A stretch of DNA of 64,000 nucleotides, taken from positions 37,597-101,596 of the forward strand of contig CAMWJS010000003.1 in the NCBI GenBank assembly GCA_947174635.1, read 5' to 3'. The notes under the pieces were generated by a model that ran no database searches, was not told the DNA's origin, and was given only the letters and a program-made list of their open reading frames with translations. Positions 1 through 9,981 of this stretch are shown here, piece after piece. How positions within the stretch are numbered: the stretch's first letter is position 1; the number at the start of each line of letters is the position of its first letter. The position numbers were made by a program, and so were the translations under genes. This DNA is from an uncultured Muribaculaceae bacterium (GTDB lineage Bacteria; Bacteroidota; Bacteroidia; Bacteroidales; Muribaculaceae).

Positions 1-591
1 TATCAGGCCGAGAATGCCGGATACGAATAGCTGCCAATATGTGTATTGAAAAGGAGAGCCTTCACCTTCTAACGTAAAGAAGAAGCTGCCGTCGGTATTG
101 AATGACGCACAGTTTACGAACCACATTGCGGCGATAAAACCGACTGTCCCGAATACGCGTATCGGAGGGAATGCCTTGACGGTATCTTGTCCGTCGGCAC
201 GCAATGCGGAAAATGCGACCGTATTGGAAAGAGCGATTGTAGGCATGTAGAAGGCTACACTGATGGTATATAGTGTAAGGAATAACCCATGAGATACGGA
301 TTCACCCGATACGTTTGCCTGATATCCTAATGTGAAACAGCCGAGCATGAATGCCGCTGCAATAAGCTGACATCCGCCAAGTACTTTCTGCGGTTGTATC
401 CACCTGTCGGCTATTATGCCCATTAAAGTGGGCATGAAAATCGATACAATTCCCTGTATTGCGTATGCCCAAGGGATAAGATTCCCCATTCCGGCGCGTC
501 CGAGATAATTGCCGATGCATGTCAGATAGGCTCCCCACACTGCAAATTGCAGGAAGTTCATAATAATGAGCTTGGACTTTAGATTTTTCAT
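1..591 (-). CDS. Nucleoside permease-like MFS transporter (NupG/XapB type), C-terminal part cut by window edge
   Basis: Not in the ORF track because it runs off the window. Manual translation from ATG at 591-589 gives MKNLKSKLIIMNFLQFAVWGAYLTCIGNYLGRAGMGNLIPWAYAIQGIVSIFMPTLMGIIADRW...KAFPPIRVFGTVGFIAAMWFVN and stays open for all 197 codons to base 1. The TM-helix pattern and the FPPIR-x-GT-x-GFI motif are typical of NupG-family nucleoside:H+ symporters. Confidence 0.7.
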   Translation of the reverse strand, partial: MKNLKSKLIIMNFLQFAVWGAYLTCIGNYLGRAGMGNLIPWAYAIQGIVSIFMPTLMGIIADRWIQPQKVLGGCQLIAAAFMLGCFTLGYQANVSGESVSHGLFLTLYTISVAFYMPTIALSNTVAFSALRADGQDTVKAFPPIRVFGTVGFIAAMWFVNCASFNTDGSFFFTLEGEGSPFQYTYWQLFVSGILGLI

Positions 592-608
592 GATTATTAA
601 ATTTATGT

Positions 609-1223
609 TTATTTGTTTGATGAGTTGCGTTTGCGGTTTATAATTTCTTGAATGACAGCCGCCTCCTCGTACTCCTCGTTGTCAATATGTTTTGCAAGGA
701 GAGATTCAAGCTCTTCGATGGCGTAATTCTCGAGTTTGGGCTGCGCGTTCATTTCGGAATCTTCATCGTGGTCCGAACGCAGGGTGGCAACATTGTCAGA
801 ATCGAGCACAAAACCGGTAGTGGTTAATATTTCTGTGGTTGTGAATATCGGCGACTTCGTACGGATAGCTATGGCAATCGCATCAGACGTACGTGCATCA
901 AGAACAATCTGACGGTCACCGTCGCTGAATGTAAGTTCCGAATAAAATATGCCGTCTTCAAATTTATAAATATACACTTGAAGCAACTTTATGCCGAATG
1001 CATGTGTAAAGCTTTCAAACAGGTCATGCGTCATCGGACGTGGCGGAATAATGCCTTCAATCTCAATAGCTATAGACTGGGCTTCAGGGGCGCCTATTAC
1101 AACCGGGATGCGGTAGGGTCCGTCGACCTGACCGAGAATCAGCGCATAGGCCCCCGACTGTATTTGCGAGTATGTGAGCCCCACTACTTTAAGCTTTATT
1201 CTTTCATTTATTTCCATATTCAT
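609..1223 (-). CDS. Bifunctional nuclease family protein (BFN/DUF151-type domain with acidic UVR-like tail)
   Basis: 204-aa ORF. The N-terminal ~130 aa (VVGLTYSQIQSGAYALILGQVDGPYRIPVVIGAPEAQSIAIEIEG..RPMTHDL) fit the conserved bifunctional-nuclease domain. The C-terminus has an EEYEEAAVIQEII UVR-type helix. Confidence 0.8.
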   Translation of the reverse strand: MNMEINERIKLKVVGLTYSQIQSGAYALILGQVDGPYRIPVVIGAPEAQSIAIEIEGIIPPRPMTHDLFESFTHAFGIKLLQVYIYKFEDGIFYSELTFSDGDRQIVLDARTSDAIAIAIRTKSPIFTTTEILTTTGFVLDSDNVATLRSDHDEDSEMNAQPKLENYAIEELESLLAKHIDNEEYEEAAVIQEIINRKRNSSNK

Positions 1224-1263
1224 GAAACGCCATTGGGCGTGTCTGTGTTGACGCTATATGCAT

Positions 1264-2340
1264 TTATGTAAAACTCTGACCGGTGATTATTCCGCTTCCA
1301 TAACAGATTTTGCTGTCGGGAGAATATATGACGCCAAACTGCCCGGGAGCGATGCCTTGTACTTTTCTTTCCGATTTCAAAAGATATTCGTCATCATTGA
1401 TACGGTGCAATGTCGCATTGAAAAATTCCGGCATGTGGCGGTTTTTGAATGTGACTGCAACTTCGTCGATGTCGTCGCTCCATGGCTTGCCCGATATGAA
1501 ATGCATCTGATTCATATGTATGCTGTTGCCATATTGCTTTTCGGTATCATATCCGTTGCTGACATATATCACGTTGTCGCGGATGTTCTTTTTCACCACA
1601 TACCAAGGACCGCCGCTAAGTCCAAGACCTTTGCGCTGTCCTATGGTGTGGAACCAGTATCCGCGGTGAGTGCCTATTTTACGCCCGGTTTCAAGTTCGA
1701 CTATAGCGCCGGGCTTTTCTCCGAGATGACGGCGAATGAAATCGTTATAATCGATTTTGCCGAGGAAACATATGCCCTGAGAGTCTTTACGGTATGCGTT
1801 AGGCATCTTGGTCTCGACCGCGATTTCACGCACGCGCGATTTAGGCATGTCGCCTATAGGAAATATGACATGCTCAAGTTGCTTGTAGGTGATGCGGGCG
1901 AGGAAATCGGTCTGGTCTTTTACCGGGTCAATGGCTGTTGCAAGCCATTTTTTCCCGTCACGCATGGTCGTGGTGGCATAATGACCGGTTGCGGTAAGGT
2001 CAAACTCATGTCCCCACCGTTCTTCAAAGAACCCGAATTTTATCATTTTGTTACACATGATATCGGGATTTGGTGTCAGCCCGTCGCGCACGGCGTTGAT
2101 GGCATATTCCATTACATTCTCCCAATATTCATTGTGAAGTGAGACCACGTCAAACGGCAGATTGTATTTCCGGGCAATGTACCGGCACATCTCTATATCC
2201 TCTTCTGCCGAACAGTCTCCCTCTCCGTTGTCAAGACCGATGCGTATGTAAAACAGATGCAGGTCGTGCCCCTGCTCAAGAAGAGTGTGGACGGCTACCG
2301 CACTGTCAACACCTCCGGAAATCAATACGGCTATATTCAT
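1264..2340 (-). CDS. mnmA: tRNA 2-thiouridine(34) synthase MnmA
   Basis: 358 aa. Has the PP-loop SGGVDS at the N-terminus and full-length resemblance to MnmA (..DQTDFL.., ..GICFLG..). The antisense 294-aa ORF 1258..2142 is a shadow. Confidence 0.93.
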   Translation of the reverse strand: MNIAVLISGGVDSAVAVHTLLEQGHDLHLFYIRIGLDNGEGDCSAEEDIEMCRYIARKYNLPFDVVSLHNEYWENVMEYAINAVRDGLTPNPDIMCNKMIKFGFFEERWGHEFDLTATGHYATTTMRDGKKWLATAIDPVKDQTDFLARITYKQLEHVIFPIGDMPKSRVREIAVETKMPNAYRKDSQGICFLGKIDYNDFIRRHLGEKPGAIVELETGRKIGTHRGYWFHTIGQRKGLGLSGGPWYVVKKNIRDNVIYVSNGYDTEKQYGNSIHMNQMHFISGKPWSDDIDEVAVTFKNRHMPEFFNATLHRINDDEYLLKSERKVQGIAPGQFGVIYSPDSKICYGSGIITGQSFT

Positions 2341-2341
2341 G

Positions 2342-3247
2342 TCAGCGGTTCATTTTTGAATTAACTACATGGAAAGCTTCAAGGAGATTATTCGGTTCGA
2401 GCGTTTTCGACAAAATCACTCCTTCAGGATTGAGATAATACAGGGTAGGGGCGGTGCGAAGGTCGTAGATGTCGTCGATATCGGGAGCTGCACCTACAAT
2501 CCAGCGTGGATTGTAATTGGCCACACTTTGCACCCACTCTTCAGTGTATGTGTCGGGGTATATGCTGACGATGCGCAACAGTCCATCGTCAAGAAGCTGG
2601 TTGATGTTATGGTCGGCCGAAAGGCGTATGCGTGTCATACGGCAATCGTCACAATCAGGGTCGTTTACAAACAATAGCACATGGGCTCCCCGTGTGTCGC
2701 TCAACTGTGATGTGCTGCCGTCGCGTAAGGTAATTTTAAGTTCAGGCGCGACCATGCCTACCTGGGTCTGTTCCAAAATCTTTGCCTCGTGGGCGAGTCT
2801 CGCTTTTTTAGCCTTGGAGATTTTTTTGTTTTCTACGACAGCCTTGGCAAAGGGAAGGAAAATTTCATCGGACATAAACTCAGCTTCGCCGTTATAGACG
2901 GCATCTTCTGCAATTTCGGCGAGAGTCAACAGATGTTCCGGCGATTTTTCATATGCTGATATGAGGCGGTCAATTGACTCATATACGTCAGTAGCTTTGG
3001 CATATGGCATGAAAGATACATAATCCATAAACGCACCTTTAAAAGCTTCACGGTTCAGTATCGCACTCTGCAGATTGCATTTATCCCAGAAGTGCGTCAC
3101 GAGATAAGAAGTCCGGTCCTGAAGCGTCACAAGCTCTTCCGGAGGTTCCGGATAAGAGAACAGCCGACCTGACACGGTATTGGTTTGTGCCTGACATATA
3201 ATACTGCCAAAAAGGCAGAGAGAAATTATTGTTTTGCGAAATTTCAT
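2342..3247 (-). CDS. Secreted thioredoxin-fold protein (DUF5106-like)
   Basis: 301 aa. Has a signal peptide MKFRKTIISLCLFGSIICQA and a C-terminal thioredoxin-like segment (HVLLFVNDPDCDDC). It sits 1 bp from the mnmA stop, so it is probably in the same operon. Confidence 0.65.
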   Translation of the reverse strand: MKFRKTIISLCLFGSIICQAQTNTVSGRLFSYPEPPEELVTLQDRTSYLVTHFWDKCNLQSAILNREAFKGAFMDYVSFMPYAKATDVYESIDRLISAYEKSPEHLLTLAEIAEDAVYNGEAEFMSDEIFLPFAKAVVENKKISKAKKARLAHEAKILEQTQVGMVAPELKITLRDGSTSQLSDTRGAHVLLFVNDPDCDDCRMTRIRLSADHNINQLLDDGLLRIVSIYPDTYTEEWVQSVANYNPRWIVGAAPDIDDIYDLRTAPTLYYLNPEGVILSKTLEPNNLLEAFHVVNSKMNR

Positions 3248-3443
3248 ATTTTAATAGAAATAGCTGTCAATGATGTTGCCAATAAAGAGATTGCCTCTTT
3301 TTGGGGGTAAAGTCATATGCAAAGTTAATGCAAGTTTGGTTGACTTCAAAACATTACGGCATATAGTTTGTTAAAGAAATAAAAGAGGATTACAATATAA
3401 TGCTGTTTTATTTGATGTAATAACTAAATATAATTAATCACAT

Positions 3444-6032
3444 ATGAATTTCAACAGTTTCACTATCAAGTCACAGGAAGCCATACAAAAGGCGGTGGAG
3501 ATGACTCGTGCTGCCGGACAGCAGCAGATTGAGCCGGTGCACCTGCTGAAAGGGATTATGACCGAGGGTGAGTCGCTCATCAACTTCATATTCCAGAAAA
3601 TAGGCGCAAATCCTGTTGTTGTGTCGCGGCAGGTTGACGATGAAATAGCCCGTCAGCCCAAAGTAAGTGGGGGAGAACCTTATCTGAGCCGCACTTCTAA
3701 CGATGTGTTGCAGAAATCGCTTGACATCGCCAAGAAACAGGGCGATGAGTATGTCACCCTGGAAGCGATGTTGCTGGCTCTGTTTCTGATTAGCTCTGCC
3801 GCATCTACTATACTAAAAGACGCAGGTCTGACAGAAAAAGAACTTGAAGCCGCCGTTGCGGAATTGCGTAAAGGAAAAAAGGCTACCGACCAGAGCGCGG
3901 AAGATACATACAATGCATTGAGCAAATATGCAATCAATCTTAATGAACGTGCACGTGCCGGCAAGCTTGACCCGGTTATCGGCCGCGATGATGAAATCAG
4001 ACGCGTGCTTCAGATTCTGTCGCGCCGAACCAAGAACAATCCGATGCTTATCGGAGAACCCGGTACCGGTAAAACGGCTATTGCGGAAGGACTGGCTCAG
4101 CGTATCGTGCGCGGTGATGTCCCCGAAAATCTGCGCTCGAAGCAGATTTTTTCCCTCGACATGGGCGCGCTCGTCGCCGGAGCCAAATATAAGGGCGAAT
4201 TTGAGGAACGATTGAAGGCCATTGTCAATGAGGTGACTCAAAGCGATGGAGAAATCATTCTGTTTATTGATGAAATCCATACGCTTGTCGGCGCTGGCAA
4301 GGGTGAGGGCGCCATGGATGCTGCCAATATCCTTAAGCCGGCATTGGCCCGTGGCGAACTCCGTTCGATTGGTGCGACAACTCTTGATGAATACCAGAAA
4401 TATTTTGAAAAGGACAAGGCTCTCGAACGCCGTTTCCAGAAAGTAATGGTCAACGAACCTGACGAGATGAGTGCCATCTCGATATTGCGAGGATTGAAAG
4501 AGCGTTACGAAAACCATCACCATGTACGTATCCGTGATGAAGCTGTCGTTGCCGCAGTGCAGTTGTCAGAGCGATATATCACCGACCGATTCCTTCCCGA
4601 CAAGGCTATCGACCTCGTCGACGAGGCTGCCTCAAAACTTAGACTCGAAATTGATTCCGTTCCGCAGGCACTTGACGAAATCACACGCATGATAGCGCAG
4701 AAAGAAATCGAGCGTGAGGCAATCAAACGCGAGGGCGACAAAGCCAAAGTAAAAGATATCGAGAAAGAAATAGCCACTCTGAAGGAGGAGGAAAAGGAAT
4801 ACACGGCCAAATGGAAAGCTGAAAAGGATTTGATTAACCGTATTCAGCAGAACAAGGTTGACATTGAGCAGCTGAATTTTGAAGCCGACAGAGCTGAACG
4901 GGAAGGGGATTATGCTAAAGTTGCTGAAATCCGTTATTCCAAAGTCCAGCAGAAAGAACAGGAAAACAAGGATATTCAGGAGCAGCTGAAAATGATGCAG
5001 GGCGAAAAAGCTCTAATCAAGGAAGAGGTGGATGCGGAGGATATCGCCGACGTGGTGTCTCGTTGGACTGGTATACCGGTCAACAAGATGGTACAGAGTG
5101 AAAAGGAAAAGCTCCTGCATCTTGAAGAGGAATTGCACAACCGCGTAGTAGGGCAGAACGAGGCGATTCAGGCGATAGCTGATGCCGTGCGCCGCTCGCG
5201 TGCAGGCCTGAATGACCCGAGACGACCTATCGGCTCGTTTATCTTCCTCGGCACCACAGGTGTAGGTAAAACCGAACTTGCCAAAGCTCTTGCCGAATAT
5301 CTGTTTGACGACGAGAATATGATGACCCGTATTGATATGAGCGAATATCAGGAAAAACATGCTGTATCGAGACTCGTAGGAGCGCCTCCCGGATATGTCG
5401 GATATGATGAAGGCGGCCAACTCACCGAGGCGGTTCGTCGCAAGCCGTATTCAGTAGTGCTTTTCGATGAGATTGAGAAAGCCCATCCCGATGTGTTCAA
5501 CATTCTGCTGCAGGTGCTTGACGACGGACGACTGACGGACAATAAAGGTCGTATGGTCAATTTCAAGAACACTATAATCATCATGACCTCCAATATGGGT
5601 TCGCATGTCATTCGCGACAATTTTGCCAAGATGACGCCTGAAAATAAAGAGGAGACTGTCGAGAAAACGAAAGAGGAAGTGCTTGAAATGCTCAAACAGA
5701 CCATCCGTCCCGAGTTTCTCAACCGTATCGATGAGATTATAATGTTCACGCCCCTTAATGAAAATGAAATTGAGGAAATCGTCGGACTCCAGATCAAGTC
5801 TATACAAAAAATGCTTGCGACTTCCGGCATTACTCTTGAGGTTACACCCAAAGCCCTGCATTATCTTGCAGAGGAGGGCTACGACCCGGAATTTGGCGCC
5901 CGTCCTGTGAAGCGAGTTATTCACCGTGTTGTCCTTAACCGGTTGTCTAAAGATATCCTCGCACAGAAAGTCGACAAGGACAAGCCTATAGTCATTGACG
6001 TCGAGGATGACGAGCTCGTATTCAAAAACTAA
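3444..6032 (+). CDS. clpB: ATP-dependent chaperone ClpB
   Basis: 862 aa with two AAA+ modules (Walker A GEPGTGKT and GTTGVGKT), a long coiled-coil middle domain and an N-terminal Clp_N repeat. Confidence 0.96.
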   Translation: MNFNSFTIKSQEAIQKAVEMTRAAGQQQIEPVHLLKGIMTEGESLINFIFQKIGANPVVVSRQVDDEIARQPKVSGGEPYLSRTSNDVLQKSLDIAKKQGDEYVTLEAMLLALFLISSAASTILKDAGLTEKELEAAVAELRKGKKATDQSAEDTYNALSKYAINLNERARAGKLDPVIGRDDEIRRVLQILSRRTKNNPMLIGEPGTGKTAIAEGLAQRIVRGDVPENLRSKQIFSLDMGALVAGAKYKGEFEERLKAIVNEVTQSDGEIILFIDEIHTLVGAGKGEGAMDAANILKPALARGELRSIGATTLDEYQKYFEKDKALERRFQKVMVNEPDEMSAISILRGLKERYENHHHVRIRDEAVVAAVQLSERYITDRFLPDKAIDLVDEAASKLRLEIDSVPQALDEITRMIAQKEIEREAIKREGDKAKVKDIEKEIATLKEEEKEYTAKWKAEKDLINRIQQNKVDIEQLNFEADRAEREGDYAKVAEIRYSKVQQKEQENKDIQEQLKMMQGEKALIKEEVDAEDIADVVSRWTGIPVNKMVQSEKEKLLHLEEELHNRVVGQNEAIQAIADAVRRSRAGLNDPRRPIGSFIFLGTTGVGKTELAKALAEYLFDDENMMTRIDMSEYQEKHAVSRLVGAPPGYVGYDEGGQLTEAVRRKPYSVVLFDEIEKAHPDVFNILLQVLDDGRLTDNKGRMVNFKNTIIIMTSNMGSHVIRDNFAKMTPENKEETVEKTKEEVLEMLKQTIRPEFLNRIDEIIMFTPLNENEIEEIVGLQIKSIQKMLATSGITLEVTPKALHYLAEEGYDPEFGARPVKRVIHRVVLNRLSKDILAQKVDKDKPIVIDVEDDELVFKN

Positions 6033-6052
6033 TAGAGCGCATCAGATTAAGT

Positions 6053-6100
6053 AGTAGAAGAGGTGCACTCTTTCAGTGACCTCTTCTACTGCATTTTTAT
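6053..6100 (+). terminator. Rho-independent terminator of clpB
   Basis: Perfect 12-bp stem agtagaagaggt (6053-6064) / acctcttctact (6079-6090), followed by gcattttta. Confidence 0.7.
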
Positions 6101-6125
6101 TTAACCATAACATAATGTAACGACT

Positions 6126-6608
6126 ATGAAAAAACTTTTTTATTTATTAATGTTGGCATTGCCTGTTGTCGGAATGAGTTCATGCGATGATGACGATGAT
6201 GTGCCTGACGTCTCGCTGTCAGCTACTATAGACGGAGCCACACGAGTAGATAATACGCTTTATGTCGTATCGGGAGATACCCTTGATATCGAATCGATCA
6301 ACCTCGTTGATAATACAAAAAAAGGAGCTGTAATCGGTTCGGCAAGTTATTTCTGGGACTACTACCGTATTGGCGGAACGATTGTTGCGCCTTATGGAAT
6401 GGACATTGACACCGATGGCGTTCCGCTGGGCAACCATCTGCTCCAGGTCAAGGTGAGCATATATGCGGTGGATTATTCGCCATGTATATGGTATATGGAA
6501 TATCCGGTCAAGATTGTCGCTTCTGAAAACGACATACCTGCCGATGGTGATATCGAACAGTCTCCGACATTGGCACTTATGATAAAGACCTGTGAAGACT
6601 CTGACTGA
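6126..6608 (+). CDS. Hypothetical lipoprotein
   Basis: 160 aa with a lipoprotein signal MKKLFYLLMLALPVVGMSSC followed by an acidic DDDDD linker. No recognisable family. Confidence 0.6.
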   Translation: MKKLFYLLMLALPVVGMSSCDDDDDVPDVSLSATIDGATRVDNTLYVVSGDTLDIESINLVDNTKKGAVIGSASYFWDYYRIGGTIVAPYGMDIDTDGVPLGNHLLQVKVSIYAVDYSPCIWYMEYPVKIVASENDIPADGDIEQSPTLALMIKTCEDSD

Positions 6609-6687
6609 AAAAAAGAGGGCTGATCAATAGCCCGACGAATTCCCATAATTTAAATTTTTCGGTATTTTCAAAAAAAATGCCGAAAAA

Positions 6688-6719
6688 TTTTGTCAGAATA
6701 AAAATTGTTATTACCTTTG
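6688..6719 (+). promoter_or_regulatory. Bacteroidota-type promoter (-33 TTTG / -7 TAccTTTG) for tRNA-Glu
   Basis: TTTG at 6688-6691 and TACCTTTG at 6712-6719, 20 bp apart, about 30 bp upstream of the tRNA 5' end. This matches the TAnnTTTG -7 consensus of Bacteroides sigma-A promoters. Confidence 0.55.
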
Positions 6720-6748
6720 TGGTGTCGAAAGCGAAGGCTTATCTAAAT

Positions 6749-6821
6749 GGCGATTTAGTGTAGTGGCCTAGCACGCCACCCTCTCACGGTGGAGACCCGG
6801 GTTCGATTCCCGGATTCGCTA
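6749..6821 (+). tRNA. tRNA-Glu (anticodon CUC)
   Basis: Cloverleaf folded by hand. Acceptor stem is ggcgatt/attcgct (one T-T mismatch). D-arm is gtgt-agtggccta-gcac. Anticodon stem ccacc/ggtgg has loop ct-CTC-ac. The variable loop is 4 nt and the T-arm is ccggg-ttcgatt-cccgg. No encoded CCA. Confidence 0.8.
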
Positions 6822-6829
6822 CTCGGCAG

Positions 6830-6861
6830 GCAGTTGTCAATTTTGACAACTGCTTTTTTTT
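6830..6861 (+). terminator. Rho-independent terminator after tRNA-Glu
   Basis: gcagttgtcaa (6830-6840) pairs with ttgacaactgc (6843-6853), followed by an 8-T run (6854-6861). Confidence 0.75.
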
Positions 6862-6942
6862 ATTTACACCAGTTTATACATATCGGTGTATGTATGACAT
6901 AAATAACATTCTCATTATTTACTGATTAAAAACAGATAGGTT

Positions 6943-8808
6943 ATGGCGGTGCTGTTGCAAATTGATCGGCTTACTAAAAGTGTTGGAGACAGACTGCTCT
7001 TCGGCGATGTCACTTTTGGTGTTAACGAAGGAGATAAGATTGGCATTATCGCCAAAAACGGGACAGGCAAATCGACTCTGTTGCGCATAATTGCCGGAAA
7101 AGAATCTGCCGATTCGGGCAATGTCGTGGCCCGAACGAGCATTAATGTCGCAATGCTTGAGCAGACGCCCGCATTTGAAGGAGACCCGACGGCAATTGAA
7201 GCGTGCATTGACCATTCCACAACTCGTGGGAGTCTCATCTTGAAATATGAAAAAGCCCTTGCCGAAGATGACGCTGACAAATTGCAGGAACTAATACCAC
7301 AAATCGACCAGCTTCAGGCATGGGATTTGGAGGATAATGTCAGACAGATGCTGACCCAATTGCAGATTACTGATTTCGACCAACGTATTTCGACTATGTC
7401 GGGAGGGCAGCGTAAACGCGTGGCATTATGCCGCCTTTTGCTTGACAAGCCCGATGTCATCATACTTGACGAGCCGACAAATCATCTTGACATAACCACA
7501 ATCGAATGGCTCGAGGGCTATCTTCGGCATCAGCGCGTGACACTGGTAATGGTCACTCACGACCGCTATTTTCTTGACCGTATTTGCGATAAAATAATTG
7601 AAATCGACAGGCAGCAGATTTTTACTTATGAAGGGAATTATGACTATTACCTGCGTCGTCGTCAGGAACGTATCGATGCAATGGCTGCCGAGCTGGCAAA
7701 AGTAAAGAACACTCTGCGTCGCGAGACAGAATGGATGAGACGACAGCCCCAGGCACGTGCCGGAAAAGCCAAATATCGCATCGATGCATATCATGACCTG
7801 AAAGAACGTTCACGTATCAATCTCAACGAACGGCAGGTAAATCTTAATGTCAACTCCTCATATATCGGCTCAAAAATATTTGAGGCCGTAGGGGTGTCTA
7901 AAAGATTTGGAGAAAAGATAATACTTGATAATTTCAACTACACGTTCGCCCGCTATGAAAAGGTTGGCATAATAGGGGAGAACGGTGTCGGCAAATCTAC
8001 TTTTATCAAAATGCTGCAGGGGATTGTCGCTCCCGACAAAGGGCATTTTGACATAGGCGAAACAGTCCGATTCGGCTATTACAGTCAGGACGGCATATCA
8101 TTCAATCCCGAGAAGAAAGTGATTGACGCCGTGACCGAGATTGCCGAAGATGTTGTGGTCAACAATCAACTTCATTTCTCTCCGATGCAGTTTTTGCAGC
8201 ACTTCCTTTTCTCTCCCGCCGACCAGCAGAAATACATACACACTCTTTCGGGCGGCGAACGTGCCCGGTTGCATCTTGCTGTAGTGCTGATGAAGTCACC
8301 TAATTTCCTCATTCTTGACGAGCCGACAAATGACCTTGATATTGTGACTCTCGGTATTCTTGAGAATTATCTTGAGCAGTTCGGCGGATGCCTTATAATT
8401 GTGTCGCACGACCGTTTCTTCCTTGATTCGACGGTCGACCATATTTTTGTAATGGAAGGCAACGGCGTGGTAAAAGATTTCCCCGGAACATATAATGAAT
8501 ACCGTCAACAGAAAGAGAAACAGCGCCAGGAGTCTGCCGAACAGAAGAAACTTGCATCAGAGACTTCAGGCACGGCACAAAGGCAACGCAGCGAACGTCC
8601 GCGAAAACTCACATTTAAGGAGAGACGCGAACTTGAAGCCCTGACTGCGGAAATAGAGAAACTTGAGGAAGAGAAGCTCCATCTTGAAAAAATATTTACG
8701 GGCGAAGCTGCCGGTGATATAAACGAAGCATCTCGCCGATATGATGAAGTCAAAAATATAATTGATGAAAAAGAGATACGTTGGCTCGAACTGTCCGAAA
8801 TGGAGTAA
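6943..8808 (+). CDS. ABC-F family ATPase (Uup-like, two ABC domains plus C-terminal coiled coil)
   Basis: 621 aa with two Walker A motifs (AKNGTGKST, GENGVGKST), two LSGG signatures (MSGGQRKRV, LSGGERARL), no TM domain and a charged coiled-coil tail. Confidence 0.9.
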   Translation: MAVLLQIDRLTKSVGDRLLFGDVTFGVNEGDKIGIIAKNGTGKSTLLRIIAGKESADSGNVVARTSINVAMLEQTPAFEGDPTAIEACIDHSTTRGSLILKYEKALAEDDADKLQELIPQIDQLQAWDLEDNVRQMLTQLQITDFDQRISTMSGGQRKRVALCRLLLDKPDVIILDEPTNHLDITTIEWLEGYLRHQRVTLVMVTHDRYFLDRICDKIIEIDRQQIFTYEGNYDYYLRRRQERIDAMAAELAKVKNTLRRETEWMRRQPQARAGKAKYRIDAYHDLKERSRINLNERQVNLNVNSSYIGSKIFEAVGVSKRFGEKIILDNFNYTFARYEKVGIIGENGVGKSTFIKMLQGIVAPDKGHFDIGETVRFGYYSQDGISFNPEKKVIDAVTEIAEDVVVNNQLHFSPMQFLQHFLFSPADQQKYIHTLSGGERARLHLAVVLMKSPNFLILDEPTNDLDIVTLGILENYLEQFGGCLIIVSHDRFFLDSTVDHIFVMEGNGVVKDFPGTYNEYRQQKEKQRQESAEQKKLASETSGTAQRQRSERPRKLTFKERRELEALTAEIEKLEEEKLHLEKIFTGEAAGDINEASRRYDEVKNIIDEKEIRWLELSEME

Positions 8809-8907
8809 TGTCAATGCGCAATCTCAATTGGCGGGTTCGACGAAGTGCCCGTCTCCGATTTTAAACAATGGCATGACGTGGAGCTGAGATTGAGTTCCGT
8901 CACATAA

Positions 8908-8960
8908 TTAGCGACAAGAGTGCGTTTGTCTTTATCCAACAAACGCACTCTTGTCGCTAA
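8908..8960. terminator. Bidirectional terminator hairpin between convergent ABC-F and prs
   Basis: Perfect 21-bp inverted repeat ttagcgacaagagtgcgtttg (8908-8928) / caaacgcactcttgtcgctaa (8940-8960) with an 11-nt loop. Confidence 0.7.
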
Positions 8961-8982
8961 TTTCGTTGATTAAGGGAGTTCC

Positions 8983-9930
8983 TTATTTTATAAGATACTG
9001 TGACGAAATCGATTTGTATTCATGCACACGACGGATTGTGTCGGCAAACATTCGGGCAACAGAAAGAACTGTGACCTTGCTGCAATCTTTGTTGAACGGG
9101 ATTGAATTGGTGAATATCATTTCCGAAAGACCGCTTTCATTTACACGCTGGCTTGCAGGATCGCTCATGATTGCATGTGAGGCGAGTGCGCGTACAGATT
9201 TGGCACCTTCCGACAGCATCAGGTCGGCAGCCTTTGTTATTGTTCCGGCCGTGTCAACCATATCATCGACAAGGATTACATTTTTGTCCTTGACGTCGCC
9301 GATTACAGTCATTGTGGCTACCACGTTGGCCTTTGCGCGCTGTTTGTGGCAAAGCACCAGAGGCACGTTGAGATATTTGGCATAGTTGTTGGCTCGTTTT
9401 GCTCCGCCCACATCCGGAGTGGCAATGACCATATCCTCGAGGTTGAGCGACTGTATATAAGGAATGAATACCGACGAACCGTAGAGATGGTCGACAGGCA
9501 CATCAAAAAATCCTTGAATCTGGTCGGCGTGAAGATCCATGGTGATGACACGGTTTACTCCGGCAGCAGTCAGAAGGTTGGCCACAAGTTTGGCTGCGAT
9601 TGACACACGCGGCTTGTCTTTGCGGTCCTGACGCGCCCAGCCGAAATAAGGCATTACTGCAATCACCGAGCGGGCCGACGCACGCTTTGCAGCGTCAATC
9701 ATGAGCAGAAGCTCCATAAGATTGTCGCTGTTGGGGAATGTTGACTGCACAAGATAGACTTCATGACCGCGAATTGACTCTTCAAACGATACTTCAAATT
9801 CACCGTCGGCAAAGTGCTGAATGTTCATTTGTCCGAGTTCTACTCCGAGTTCCTTGCAGATTTCTTCTGCCATGTAACGTGAGTTGGTTCCCGAAAAAAC
9901 TTTGAACGGGGGAAGTGATGTTGTACTCAT
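8983..9930 (-). CDS. prs: Ribose-phosphate pyrophosphokinase
   Basis: 315 aa with motifs DLHADQIQGFF and the PRPP-binding loop VILVDDMVDTAGT. Confidence 0.95.
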   Translation of the reverse strand: MSTTSLPPFKVFSGTNSRYMAEEICKELGVELGQMNIQHFADGEFEVSFEESIRGHEVYLVQSTFPNSDNLMELLLMIDAAKRASARSVIAVMPYFGWARQDRKDKPRVSIAAKLVANLLTAAGVNRVITMDLHADQIQGFFDVPVDHLYGSSVFIPYIQSLNLEDMVIATPDVGGAKRANNYAKYLNVPLVLCHKQRAKANVVATMTVIGDVKDKNVILVDDMVDTAGTITKAADLMLSEGAKSVRALASHAIMSDPASQRVNESGLSEMIFTNSIPFNKDCSKVTVLSVARMFADTIRRVHEYKSISSQYLIK

Positions 9931-9981
9931 TGGATTTTTATTGAGAATAATTGGTTTATATAGTCTGAAAATCAGTCATTT

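Noticed and set aside
1258-2142. 294-aa plus-strand ORF antisense to mnmA. Similar long shadow ORFs lie opposite clpB (3813..4523), ppdK (43689..44381), batA (28988..29674), the integrase (45842..46435) and the S9 peptidase (20254..20865).
   Set aside because: Each is antisense to a confidently identified conserved gene, and none contains a recognisable motif.
8809-8907. gggttcga T-loop-like motif (about 8826-8840) that might indicate a tRNA fragment or att remnant.
   Set aside because: No complementary T-stem, acceptor stem or anticodon arm can be folded around it.
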